Origin: an uncultured Eubacteriales bacterium
GTDB taxonomy: Bacteria > Bacillota > Clostridia > Oscillospirales > UBA644
NCBI GenBank assembly: GCA_902373415.1
Contig: CABKLX010000002.1
Location: 37,425-101,424 of the forward strand
Length of the DNA stretch: 64,000 nucleotides
Direction of reading: 5' to 3'
Part shown: one piece after another, positions 55,378-64,000 of the stretch
Layout of the letters: each line of letters begins with the position of its first letter
Numbering within the stretch: position 1 is the stretch's first letter
Notes under the pieces: generated by a model
What the model saw: the letters and a program-made list of their open reading frames with translations, nothing else
Told to the model about the DNA's origin: nothing
Database searches by the model: none
Translations under genes and position numbers: made by a program

Positions 55378-58245
55378 ATGAAAAAGATCGCCGCCGCATT
55401 TCTTGCGCTGTTTTTCGCAATTTCGCTGTTTTCGGGATGCTCGATCAGCGTTCACGACGAACCGTGCGGGATAGAAAACGTATATCTGCTGTCGAACGCG
55501 GAAAAATACGGAAAATACGCGCATATAGGTTCGACCGCCGAGACGGTCATGACCGCTTCTCTCGCCAAAAACGAGGGCGAGGGGATGCAATTCGTTCTGA
55601 AGCCCGACGAAGATGCGAAGAACGTGCGCGTTACCATGACCGATCTGACGCTGAACGGCGGTTCGGATTTTATGGAAGACGTCACGCTGTACTATCAGCA
55701 TTATATTTATTGCGGAAGCGATTACAGCAAACTGAAGACCGCGGGCTGGTATCCCGATATGCTTATCCCGATCAGCGGCGACTGCTCCGATTTGAACGGT
55801 ATAGATGTCGAGGCGAATGCAAATCAGGGCTTCTGGATAACCGTTTGGAGCAGAAAAGATCAGACGCCCGGACTTTATACAGCGGAAGTGACCGTTGAAT
55901 ATGACGGCGCGGAGCCGATAAAAATTCCCGTGGAAGTGACCGTTTGGGACTTTGAGATCCCCGAAGAGCACTCTTTCGATGCGGCTTACAGCCTCGGTTG
56001 GTTTTCCGGTTCCGTCTCTTACGAGGAAGCATACGAATATCTTCTCCGTTACAGAACGAACGGCAGTATCGTTCCCGCTGTCAGGGGCAAAAACCTGAGT
56101 GCCGATGAGAGTGCGAAAGCGACCGCCGAATATATCGAGTCGCATCCCGGAGTTTCGTGTTTTATGCCGTCGATGCATACAAAGGAGTATTTTGACGCGC
56201 TTGAAAAATACGGGATCCTCGACAAATGCTATACCTACATTTTTGACGAACCCGCAGATACATACGAGCAGAACAAGACTATGTCGGACAGATTCAAGAG
56301 CATTCACAACATGAATGCGAACGTGAAGAATATGCTCACGACAGCGTCGCGCGATGCCGTCACGGACGTCGATATCTGGTGCGGTATCTGGTCCGATCAC
56401 GACTGCGACGAACTGACGGTCCGCGACAGGATTTCCGAGGGTTACGAGATGTGGTGGTACGGTTGCGTCTCTCCGAAAAATCCGTATCCGACTTATCATA
56501 TCATGGACGACCTTATTTCCTCGCGTATTGTCCATTGGATGCAGAAGGACTGGGGCATAACGGGAAATTTGTTATGGGTGACCGATATGAACAGAAGGTG
56601 CGACCTCGGTTACAACGGCGCGCAATACGGATCTGCCGACAGGGATATATACACGCAGCCTTATGTTTTCTATAATTCGGAAACAGGCGAAGATTGTGTC
56701 GGCGCGGCGGGAGACGGATACCTTATATGCTATGCGAGAGAGGGCGACGGCGTCGTGAACAGGAATATGATCCTTCCGACGATCCGTCTTGAATCCGTCC
56801 GCGACGGAAGCGAGGATTACGAATACCTTTGCATTCTTGAAAAAAAGATCTCCGCGCTGTTTGAAAAGTGGGGCATCTCGGACATTACCGTCGATGAGTA
56901 TATGGATACGTATTACGACGCTGTTTACAACTCGATGGCTGACTTTGAGCACGACCCCGAATATATGATACAAATGCGCGAGCGTATCGCTCACGATATA
57001 ATGAACGCAGACTGCGCGATAGCGGTCGAAGCGTTCCCGACCTATGAAAACCCGAATCAGAGGTGCGTTACCGTATATGCCGAGAACGGCTCGTCAGTCT
57101 CGGTTGACGGAAAAGAACTTTCCGAAACCGATTGCGGATCGTATTCCGTTTATACGGCGGTATACGATATGAATACGCTTTTTGACAGAACGGAGATAAC
57201 CGTTACCGTGAACGGCGAAGAGTATAACCGAGTACTGAAATCAGTTGAAGATATCGAACTGATGGAAGAGGTCAGGGCAAAGATCCGCTCCGATGTCGAA
57301 CAACTCGGTCTTTCTATGTCGGGCAAAGAAGCAAGCCTTATTTATGAGAAGAACACATTTATATCGTATGTATATTCGAAACTGGGCTCGCTCGGCGCGC
57401 AACTTGCGCAGAACGGTTCCGACTATGTGATCAAAAGATACATTTCGGTCAATCGCGATTACGCCGAAGAGGTCAAGAAATGCATCGCATCGGATATGCG
57501 GAACACGATCCCGCTTGTTATCACGAATGAACCGACGGATGTTGTCGGACAACCGACCTGCGAAACTCTGACCCTGTATGCTCCCTGCGGCTCAACCGTA
57601 AAAGTGAACGGCGCGGAAGCGGAACTTATTGCCGCGGAAGCGACATATTCCGTGTATACCGCGCAGATCGACGTCGGAACGGATTCGAGATATTTCTACG
57701 ACGTCGAAGTCACGTCGGGAGGCGAGACGCAGACATGGAGAAAGGTAATTTTGCACACGGTGCAGGAAACCGTCAGCATATTTGACATTAACTCCGAAAA
57801 TCTCGCCGCAGCCCTTGCGAAAGACAGCAAAAACGCCGATGCCGTTTACGAAGTCATTGAATATGAAGGCTCGCCCGCGGTCAAGGTCACGATCGATGAA
57901 GTGCATACTTTTACGGTTCCCTCATCGCTTATTCCGGTAAAAAATCTGACGGATTATTCAATGCTTACCGTAGATCTTGTCTGTCTTTCCGAAAACAGCG
58001 AGGGCTTTGACATTCAGGCAGTTTCGTCCGTATCCGGCAGCGTTGTGGATATTGCGACCGCCGAAAAGGATTTTGACGGATATGTTTACGGTAATTTCCC
58101 AGCCGGGGCGAGACGCAATAAAGTTTCGCGTCTGACGCTGATGGCGGACATGGAGTCTTATTACAACTACGCTCCCGGAGGAACGTATATCATTAAAGGT
58201 ATTTACGCAGTGAAAGAAACGGTCGATATTGCCAAGGAGAAATAG
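55378..58245 (+). CDS. Lipoprotein, GH123/DUF4091-like glycoside hydrolase domain plus about 400-aa C-terminal extension (paralogue 1)
   Basis: ORF trimmed to ATG 55378 (MKKIAAAFLALFFAISLFSGC, lipobox), which follows GGAGG. Motifs LAKNEGEGMQFVL, GWYPDMLIPI, QGFWITVW, VTVWDF, IFDEPAD, EMWWYGC, YPTYHI, GITGNLLW, GDGYLICY, LESVRDGSEDYEYL. Confidence 0.7.
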   Translation: MKKIAAAFLALFFAISLFSGCSISVHDEPCGIENVYLLSNAEKYGKYAHIGSTAETVMTASLAKNEGEGMQFVLKPDEDAKNVRVTMTDLTLNGGSDFMEDVTLYYQHYIYCGSDYSKLKTAGWYPDMLIPISGDCSDLNGIDVEANANQGFWITVWSRKDQTPGLYTAEVTVEYDGAEPIKIPVEVTVWDFEIPEEHSFDAAYSLGWFSGSVSYEEAYEYLLRYRTNGSIVPAVRGKNLSADESAKATAEYIESHPGVSCFMPSMHTKEYFDALEKYGILDKCYTYIFDEPADTYEQNKTMSDRFKSIHNMNANVKNMLTTASRDAVTDVDIWCGIWSDHDCDELTVRDRISEGYEMWWYGCVSPKNPYPTYHIMDDLISSRIVHWMQKDWGITGNLLWVTDMNRRCDLGYNGAQYGSADRDIYTQPYVFYNSETGEDCVGAAGDGYLICYAREGDGVVNRNMILPTIRLESVRDGSEDYEYLCILEKKISALFEKWGISDITVDEYMDTYYDAVYNSMADFEHDPEYMIQMRERIAHDIMNADCAIAVEAFPTYENPNQRCVTVYAENGSSVSVDGKELSETDCGSYSVYTAVYDMNTLFDRTEITVTVNGEEYNRVLKSVEDIELMEEVRAKIRSDVEQLGLSMSGKEASLIYEKNTFISYVYSKLGSLGAQLAQNGSDYVIKRYISVNRDYAEEVKKCIASDMRNTIPLVITNEPTDVVGQPTCETLTLYAPCGSTVKVNGAEAELIAAEATYSVYTAQIDVGTDSRYFYDVEVTSGGETQTWRKVILHTVQETVSIFDINSENLAAALAKDSKNADAVYEVIEYEGSPAVKVTIDEVHTFTVPSSLIPVKNLTDYSMLTVDLVCLSENSEGFDIQAVSSVSGSVVDIATAEKDFDGYVYGNFPAGARRNKVSRLTLMADMESYYNYAPGGTYIIKGIYAVKETVDIAKEK

Positions 58246-58247
58246 AA

Positions 58248-60524
58248 ATGCGGAAAACGATTATCCTGTCGGTAATGCTTTTTGCGCTTACTTTCGGGTT
58301 TTTCTCTGCTTGCTCGGTTTCGGTGCGACCCGATGAAAGAAATCCGCTGTCCGCCGCGGGAGCATATATTTACATAAGAGATAATACCGTGAAAGTGACC
58401 CGCGACGAGGACCTGACATTCGACGGCTCGGAAAAACTCTGTATAAGCCTCGCACGGAACGAGGGCGAGGGGGCTCAGTTCATTTTCAGGCGCGAGAATG
58501 CCGATACGTCTTCGCTTTCTGTTTCCGTCTCGGATCTTGTCTGCGAAGAAAACGGAGAAAAACTGACGGTGTCGGACATGACCGTTTACAGACAGCGGTA
58601 TCATCTTGTCGATAAGGTGTTTGACGGACAGGCATTGGGAGCGGGATATTACCCCGATGCGTTGCTGGATCTGAAAACCGCCGACAATTCCGTTACCGTA
58701 GAAAAATGTCAGAATCAGGGTTATTGGATAACCGTGCGTGCAGGCAGTTCGACTGCCGCGGGGCTTTACAAAGGGACTGTCAGCGTCACTTTTGACGGAG
58801 GATCGATAGATATTCCTGTCGAATGCACGGTCTGGGATTTTGAGATCAGCGCGGTCAATCATCTCGGTTCGAGTTTCGGCTCGGGAACTACAGGAAAATA
58901 TGACGGACAGAGTACTGAATTTTACGAAACGCTCATGAATTCTTTCCGCGCGAATCTGTTTTTCCTTCCCGTAAGCAACGGTTCTCCTACCGGCAGTGAT
59001 TTCGGCGCTTATGAAGAATATATAAAAAAAGAGACCGTTACAGATGCTCTCTGGCTGTTCAGACCCCCTTACAACGAGGAAACAAAAGAAGTATATATTA
59101 CTGACAGTATTAAGCGCGTTTATAAAAAGATGCGTGACGGAGATTGGCTTGACAAAGTATATACCAATCTGTATTTTGATGAGCCTAATCCCGATATGTA
59201 TGAAATGATCGGCATAATTGCCCGCAAGGTCAGGGAAGAGTTGCCCGGGTTGAAGATCGTCATATCCTCGACCTCCGGTATACCTTCGTCGCTCAGCGAC
59301 TGTGTTGATTGGTGCGTCAAGCCAGATGCGGTCGATCGGGAAACTGTTTCCGATCAGCATGAAAAAGGTCTTGAAGTCTGGTGGTATACATGTAACTTCC
59401 CCGTTTATCCGTGTCCGACGATGCATATAAACGACTACCTTGTCTCGCCGCGCATAACGGGGATCATGTCGGACGATTACGGGATCGACGGATTTCTGTA
59501 TTGGAATGTGTCGCTCGACAAAAAATACGAAAAGACCTCTGAGGGAGGATACGCGTATACATACACGCGAAACATGTTTGAAGACGTTTATATTTGCGAC
59601 GAGTGGCCTGCCGGCGACGGCTCTCTCGTTTATCAGGGAAGAGAGAACGACGGGGAAGTGAACGCGAATGCTCTCGTTCCGTCTCTTCGCATGGAAGCGT
59701 TCCGCGACGGAATGGAAGATTATGAGTATCTTTACGTTCTCCGCGATAAGTACGAAAAGATTGCAGAAAAACTCGGTATCTGCGTCGATACGCACTCTCT
59801 TTTGCAGGTTTGGTATGACAATCTTTACGAAAACGCCACGTCTTACTATTCCGACGGTTCCCGCATGACGAAAACAAGAAAACAAATCGCGGAGGCGATA
59901 CTGTCTGACGACGAATATCTGTTCAGCGTCGTTCACGAAAAATCTCAAACCGATCCGAATGTCAGAAAAGTTACCGTTTACGCCGAGACCGACGCCGATG
60001 TGCTGATAAACGGCGCAAAAGCCGAAAAAACCGCGGAAAAGACATACTCCCTCGATATTTCTATCCCGAATACCGAGGAATTCACTCTGACATTGTCTTT
60101 CTCCGACGAAAGTGCGGAAAAGGCGATACTGATACTTCCCTCGCGTATGGAGGAAGAGGTGAAGATCGTCTCTTCCCCGACAGTCGGACATATCGACGAT
60201 GAGAACATTCGTTTTCGTATATCATCTTCGCAATTTGCCGACGGAAACAATCTCTGGAAAGATTTCGACGGAGTCCGCATGACAGTCAGAAACCTGTCTG
60301 CGGAAAAACTGAGCGGTTTGGTCTGCGATATCGTATATCCGGTCAGAAAAACGACGTGTGAGATCCCGGATATAGAGCCCGGGCAGACTTTGATCTTTGA
60401 GATGCCCATAGACCCCACATCGTCAAAACAGCGTGTTTCTTCGCTCGTTTTCCGCCTTGCCGAAGGCGGAGAAGCCGATATCGAGATCATATCGGCGACC
60501 GCGGTCAAACTGTCTTCCGAATGA
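58248..60524 (+). CDS. Lipoprotein, GH123/DUF4091-like glycoside hydrolase domain (divergent paralogue 2)
   Basis: 758 aa with lipobox FFSAC. The ATG lies 2 nt after the paralogue 1 stop and follows AAGGAG. Motifs LARNEGEGAQFIF, GYYPDALLD, QGYWITV, CTVWDF, YFDEPNP, EVWWYTC, CPTMHI, GIDGFLYWNV, GDGSLVYQG, MEAFRDGMEDYEYL. Confidence 0.7.
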   Translation: MRKTIILSVMLFALTFGFFSACSVSVRPDERNPLSAAGAYIYIRDNTVKVTRDEDLTFDGSEKLCISLARNEGEGAQFIFRRENADTSSLSVSVSDLVCEENGEKLTVSDMTVYRQRYHLVDKVFDGQALGAGYYPDALLDLKTADNSVTVEKCQNQGYWITVRAGSSTAAGLYKGTVSVTFDGGSIDIPVECTVWDFEISAVNHLGSSFGSGTTGKYDGQSTEFYETLMNSFRANLFFLPVSNGSPTGSDFGAYEEYIKKETVTDALWLFRPPYNEETKEVYITDSIKRVYKKMRDGDWLDKVYTNLYFDEPNPDMYEMIGIIARKVREELPGLKIVISSTSGIPSSLSDCVDWCVKPDAVDRETVSDQHEKGLEVWWYTCNFPVYPCPTMHINDYLVSPRITGIMSDDYGIDGFLYWNVSLDKKYEKTSEGGYAYTYTRNMFEDVYICDEWPAGDGSLVYQGRENDGEVNANALVPSLRMEAFRDGMEDYEYLYVLRDKYEKIAEKLGICVDTHSLLQVWYDNLYENATSYYSDGSRMTKTRKQIAEAILSDDEYLFSVVHEKSQTDPNVRKVTVYAETDADVLINGAKAEKTAEKTYSLDISIPNTEEFTLTLSFSDESAEKAILILPSRMEEEVKIVSSPTVGHIDDENIRFRISSSQFADGNNLWKDFDGVRMTVRNLSAEKLSGLVCDIVYPVRKTTCEIPDIEPGQTLIFEMPIDPTSSKQRVSSLVFRLAEGGEADIEIISATAVKLSSE

Positions 60525-60564
60525 TTTTCGGATCTTTCATAACCAGGATAATATTACATATTTG

Positions 60565-60604
60565 CGGGGCTTTTTGCGGATGCCGAAAGCCTCGCCGTTT
60601 TTTG
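60565..60604 (+). terminator. Intrinsic terminator after paralogue 2
   Basis: GCGGGGCUUU-N12-AAAGCCUCGC followed by CGUUUUUU. Confidence 0.8.
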
Positions 60605-60733
60605 ATATTAAAAGACATCGGTCGAGATATTTTATGCTAAAATTTTTTTATAGATCTTTATTAAATTTGTGTATTATTCATAAAATACGTGAGTTTTTTG
60701 CTGTTTCCGCGCTTCGATTTCAATAAGAAAATG

Positions 60734-60763
60734 TTGACAAACGGTCTGCGGCTGTGATATAAT
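60734..60763 (+). promoter_or_regulatory. Sigma-A promoter of paralogue 3
   Basis: TTGACA (60734..60739), 18 nt, TGATATAAT extended -10 (TATAAT 60758..60763). Confidence 0.75.
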
Positions 60764-60808
60764 GGTGACGCGGAAACAGTACACCGTTTTTTTGCCGCAT
60801 CTATACGC

Positions 60809-60874
60809 GGCGGAACATATATTATCAAGGGCATTTATGCGATGAAAGATGTTGATGATATAGCAAAAAAATAA
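60809..60874 (+). pseudogene. Relic of the last 21 codons plus stop of a GH123-like paralogue, lying in the 5' UTR of paralogue 3
   Basis: Hand translation gives GGTYIIKGIYAMKDVDDIAKK*. The paralogue 1 C-terminus is GGTYIIKGIYAVKETVDIAKEK*. That is 11 identical contiguous residues and the same distance to the stop. There is no homology upstream of 60809, and an in-frame TGA sits at 60755. Confidence 0.7.
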
Positions 60875-60921
60875 ATAAAATACAAAAATCGAGTTTGTCA
60901 GAGCGTGAAAAGGAAAATTTT

Positions 60922-63723
60922 ATGAAAAAAATCATTGCGGCAGCATTATTCGTTCTGCTCGTTGTTTCGCTTCTTGCGGGCTGCACGATTACGCGCTATC
61001 CCGTTGAGTGCGGAATAGAGAACATCTATTTGCTGACCAACACCGAAAAGTATCGGAAAGAGGAGGAAATATCTCCCACTCCCGAAACAAAACTTACGGC
61101 AACTCTTGCCAAAAACGAGGGCGAGGGTATGCAGTTCGTTTACAGACCCGATAACGCGAAGAAAAATGTTCGCGTCACCATGTCCGACCTTGTGCTTGAC
61201 GGCGGCACGGAGAAGATAGAAGACGTAACGCTGTATTATCAGTATTATCACTACATTTCGCAGGATTACGTCACGGGACGCGGCAAAGGCTGGTATCCCG
61301 ACCTGCTTATTCCGATAAGCGGCGACTGTTCCGACCTGAACAAACTGGACATCGAAGAAAACACAAATCAGGGCTATTGGATAACCTTTTACAGCGACAA
61401 AAACCAGACTCCCGGACTTTACAAGGCGGAAGTGACCGTTGAGGCGGAGGGCGACGAACCCATAAAGATACCCGTTGAAGTCACCGTTTGGGACTTTGCC
61501 GTTCCCGAAGAACACTCTTTCGACGCGCCTTACGGTGTCACAGGCGGCTCCGTTCCTTATGAAGAGACTTATGAATACCTGCTCCGTTACCGTATAAACG
61601 GATACAATATACCGACCGTCAGAGGCGGCGATTCCGATGAGGATGCCGCAAAGAAAACCGCTGAATATATAGAAACGCATCCCGGCGTTTCGTGTTTCAG
61701 GGCGGACAGATATACGAAAGGATATTTTGACGCGCTCGAAAAATACGGTGTTCTTGACAAGTGCTTTACCTATCCTTATGACGAACCCGCCGACACCGTT
61801 GAGATGAATAAGAAAGTTTCCGACACTTTTGCAAGTTACCATGCGCTGAATCCGAACGTTAAGAATATGATAACCACGGCGTCCAGAGAAACGATGTTTG
61901 ACGTCAACATCTGGTGCGGCGTTTGGTCTGCGGCGGACAGCGACGAACTGACCGTGCGCGACCGTATTTCCGAGGGCTATGAGATGTGGTGGTACGGCTG
62001 CCTTGTTCCCGTAAGATACTACCCGACTTACCACATTCAGGACGACCTTATCTCCGCGCGTCTCGCGCATTGGATGACAAAAGACTGGGGCTTTACCGGC
62101 AACCTTTATTGGGGCGCGGACTGGTATTACCGCATTGACGCAAAAACAAACCGAGTCGACGGTATAAGAGATATTTACAATTATCCCGGAACATGGCACA
62201 GTGATACGAAGGAGTATACCACTCCCGCAGGCGACGGATTCGTTGTTTGTTACGGAAGAGATGGCGACGGCGTTGTAAACAGAAACATGATAATGCCCAC
62301 TCTCCGTGCCGAGGCGATACGCGACGGCAGCGAAGATTTTGAGTATCTGACGCTTCTTGAAAAGAAGATAGGGGCTCTGTTTGAAAAATGGGGCGTGACC
62401 GATATAAGTCTCGACACTTATCTCGATACATATTTTGATTCTCTTTATATTTCTATGTCAAACATGTACCGTGATTCCGCCTTTACGCAGAGAATGCGCG
62501 AGCGTATCGCGCACGACATAATGCATGCCGAAAGCGCCGTAAGTGTTGAAGCCGCTCCGACATTCGAAAACCCGAACAGAAGAGCAGTTACGGTCTATGC
62601 CGAAAACGGTTCGAATGTTGTAATAGACGGCGAAAACATTCAGGGCGAGAGCCGCGGCGATTATTCCGTTTATACAAGATATTTCGATATGAACAATATC
62701 GCCGACAGAACGGAAATAACAGTTACCGTGAACGGCGAAGAGTATACCCGTGTTCTCAAAACGCTTGAAGACATGGAACTTATGGAAGAATCCCGCGCCG
62801 CCGTTCAGGCAGCCGCGGAAGAACTCAAACTTCCCATTGCTTCAAAGACTGTTCGCAAATTGTTTGAAAAAAACAGCTTCAAACCTTACGAGTATAATAA
62901 CATGGGTTCGACTTCTCCGGTAGACGGCACAGGTATTTCCGATAACAGGGAATATGCTCAGGAAGTATGGAAGTGTCTTGCTCTTGATATAAACAATACA
63001 ATTCCTCTCGCCGTTATGAACGAGGCAGGCGATCTTTTGGACGAACCGAAAGCGGAATATCTGACGCTTTACGTTCCGAACGGGGCGACCGTAAAAGTCG
63101 AGGGCAAAGATGCGACGTTTGTTGAACAGACGGAAAACTATTCCGTTTACTCCGCAAAACTCGACACAACCGACTGCGCAAGATATTTTTACGATGTTGA
63201 AGTTACGCTGAACGGCGTTACCGAAACTTGGAGAAAGATAGTATTCAATCAGAGCGCGGAGATGTCCCCGCTTATCAATATGAGCGCGGAAGACATTGCC
63301 GCAAAACTTGCCGCAGAGCCGAAAAACGCGGGCACGGACTTTGAAGTTATCGAATACGAGGGAGCACCCGCGATAAAAGTAACGATAAACGCGGAGCATT
63401 CGCTTTCAATTCCCAAATCGCTCATTCCGTCCCTGAATCTGAAACCTTACAAGAAAATCATTGCGGATATCGTCAATGTTTCAGGCGATCGTGGCGGCTT
63501 TGCCGTTTCGATAAGAGCAACCTTTGCTACCCCCGTTGCCGAAATTGAAATTCCGAGTAATGATTTTGACGGCTTTGCGATAGGCGGTATGCCTGCGGGA
63601 CAGTTCGGAAAAGTGACTGCGGTTACGCTTCTTTACAGCACAAAATACCAAAAAGAGGTTACGCTCATCATTCGCGGTCTGTACGCGATGAAGAATCCCG
63701 ACGACGCGGCACAGCAAAAGTAA
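60922..63723 (+). CDS. Lipoprotein, GH123/DUF4091-like glycoside hydrolase domain plus C-terminal extension (paralogue 3, collinear with paralogue 1)
   Basis: ORF trimmed to ATG 60922 (MKKIIAAALFVLLVVSLLAGC). It has the same motif series as paralogue 1 (LAKNEGEGMQFVY, GWYPDLLIPI, YDEPAD, EMWWYGC, AEAIRDGSEDFEYL), about 60-65% identity by eye along the full length. Confidence 0.7.
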   Translation: MKKIIAAALFVLLVVSLLAGCTITRYPVECGIENIYLLTNTEKYRKEEEISPTPETKLTATLAKNEGEGMQFVYRPDNAKKNVRVTMSDLVLDGGTEKIEDVTLYYQYYHYISQDYVTGRGKGWYPDLLIPISGDCSDLNKLDIEENTNQGYWITFYSDKNQTPGLYKAEVTVEAEGDEPIKIPVEVTVWDFAVPEEHSFDAPYGVTGGSVPYEETYEYLLRYRINGYNIPTVRGGDSDEDAAKKTAEYIETHPGVSCFRADRYTKGYFDALEKYGVLDKCFTYPYDEPADTVEMNKKVSDTFASYHALNPNVKNMITTASRETMFDVNIWCGVWSAADSDELTVRDRISEGYEMWWYGCLVPVRYYPTYHIQDDLISARLAHWMTKDWGFTGNLYWGADWYYRIDAKTNRVDGIRDIYNYPGTWHSDTKEYTTPAGDGFVVCYGRDGDGVVNRNMIMPTLRAEAIRDGSEDFEYLTLLEKKIGALFEKWGVTDISLDTYLDTYFDSLYISMSNMYRDSAFTQRMRERIAHDIMHAESAVSVEAAPTFENPNRRAVTVYAENGSNVVIDGENIQGESRGDYSVYTRYFDMNNIADRTEITVTVNGEEYTRVLKTLEDMELMEESRAAVQAAAEELKLPIASKTVRKLFEKNSFKPYEYNNMGSTSPVDGTGISDNREYAQEVWKCLALDINNTIPLAVMNEAGDLLDEPKAEYLTLYVPNGATVKVEGKDATFVEQTENYSVYSAKLDTTDCARYFYDVEVTLNGVTETWRKIVFNQSAEMSPLINMSAEDIAAKLAAEPKNAGTDFEVIEYEGAPAIKVTINAEHSLSIPKSLIPSLNLKPYKKIIADIVNVSGDRGGFAVSIRATFATPVAEIEIPSNDFDGFAIGGMPAGQFGKVTAVTLLYSTKYQKEVTLIIRGLYAMKNPDDAAQQK

Positions 63724-63763
63724 ATAAAATAACGGCACAGTAAAAACTTATTTCTCTCCGTGT

Positions 63764-63805
63764 TTTTGAAGACACGGAGAGGATTTTCATTTTTAATTTG
63801 CGCCG
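63764..63805 (+). terminator. Intrinsic terminator after paralogue 3
   Basis: CUCUCCGUGU-N8-ACACGGAGAG followed by GAUUUUCAUUUUU. Confidence 0.85.
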
Positions 63806-63892
63806 AAAGGAAATGTATTCTTGCAAACTTTGTATAATATGCACATAAAACCGATTTTTCGAGGTTTTCGATGTGGAAAATGTGGGAAAAAA

Positions 63893-63921
63893 TTGACAAA
63901 TTGTTACAGCTATGTTATAAT
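63893..63921 (+). promoter_or_regulatory. Sigma-A promoter of the next gene
   Basis: TTGACA (63893..63898), 17 nt, TGTTATAAT extended -10 (TATAAT 63916..63921). Confidence 0.7.
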
Positions 63922-63992
63922 ATGAAACACGGCAAACATATTGTTTTTTGCCTTTACCGACATTCTCGGCAGAAAGAATAGGAGTTGTTCGC

Positions 63993-64000
63993 ATGAATAA
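63993..64000 (+). CDS. Start of an unidentified gene (only 2 codons in the window)
   Basis: AGGAG RBS (63980..63984), 8-nt spacer, then ATG at 63993. The product cannot be called. Confidence 0.4.

Noticed and set aside
58203-60191. 662-aa ORF antisense to GH123-like paralogue 2, the longest unannotated ORF in the track
   Set aside because: The sense strand encodes a lipoprotein with clear paralogy to two neighbours, an RBS and tight coupling to the upstream gene. The antisense product is Arg/Phe/Ile-rich with no motifs, RBS or signal. This is typical of stop-poor antisense frames in codon-biased genes.

Overview
The window reads like the chromosome of a Gram-positive anaerobe, probably a Clostridia-type Firmicute. 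That placement is an inference from T-box, THF and guanine riboswitch leaders, an ECF FolT component, lipoprotein ABC receptors and a class D sortase. It has about 53 CDS and high coding density. I recognised no rRNA, tRNA, CRISPR array, transposase or phage gene by eye.

Core blocks:
- THF-riboswitch-folT-folC, then htpG.
- smc-ftsY-rdgB-yhbY-nadD-yqeK-rsfS-leuS.
- A Trp T-box controlling a trpXYZ-like ABC importer.
- A guanine riboswitch controlling a BMP-family nucleoside ABC importer.
- gltX-glnS.
- A PadR/DUF1700/DUF4097 module and a patatin-like lipase.
- pyrH-frr-uppS-cdsA-dxr-rseP-ispG, followed by an ACT/UPF0210 pair.
- tmcAL and thrC.

Accessory-looking parts:
- (a) 14.6-19.5 kb: glycoside-hydrolase-like genes appended to leuS.
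- (b) A lower-GC MFS transporter flanked by unexplained non-coding DNA.
- (c) 47.6-53.6 kb: a tyrosine-kinase modulator/kinase/phosphatase trio joined to a secreted anchored protein, a class D sortase, a polytopic membrane protein and a second acetate kinase. It has no polysaccharide genes.
- (d) 55.2-63.8 kb: three paralogous GH123/DUF4091-like lipoproteins, plus a 22-codon relic of a fourth inside the 5' UTR of the third.

Items (c) and (d) are the best candidates for something undescribed, but neither is a demonstrably new system from sequence alone. All family assignments come from motif recognition by eye; no searches were run.
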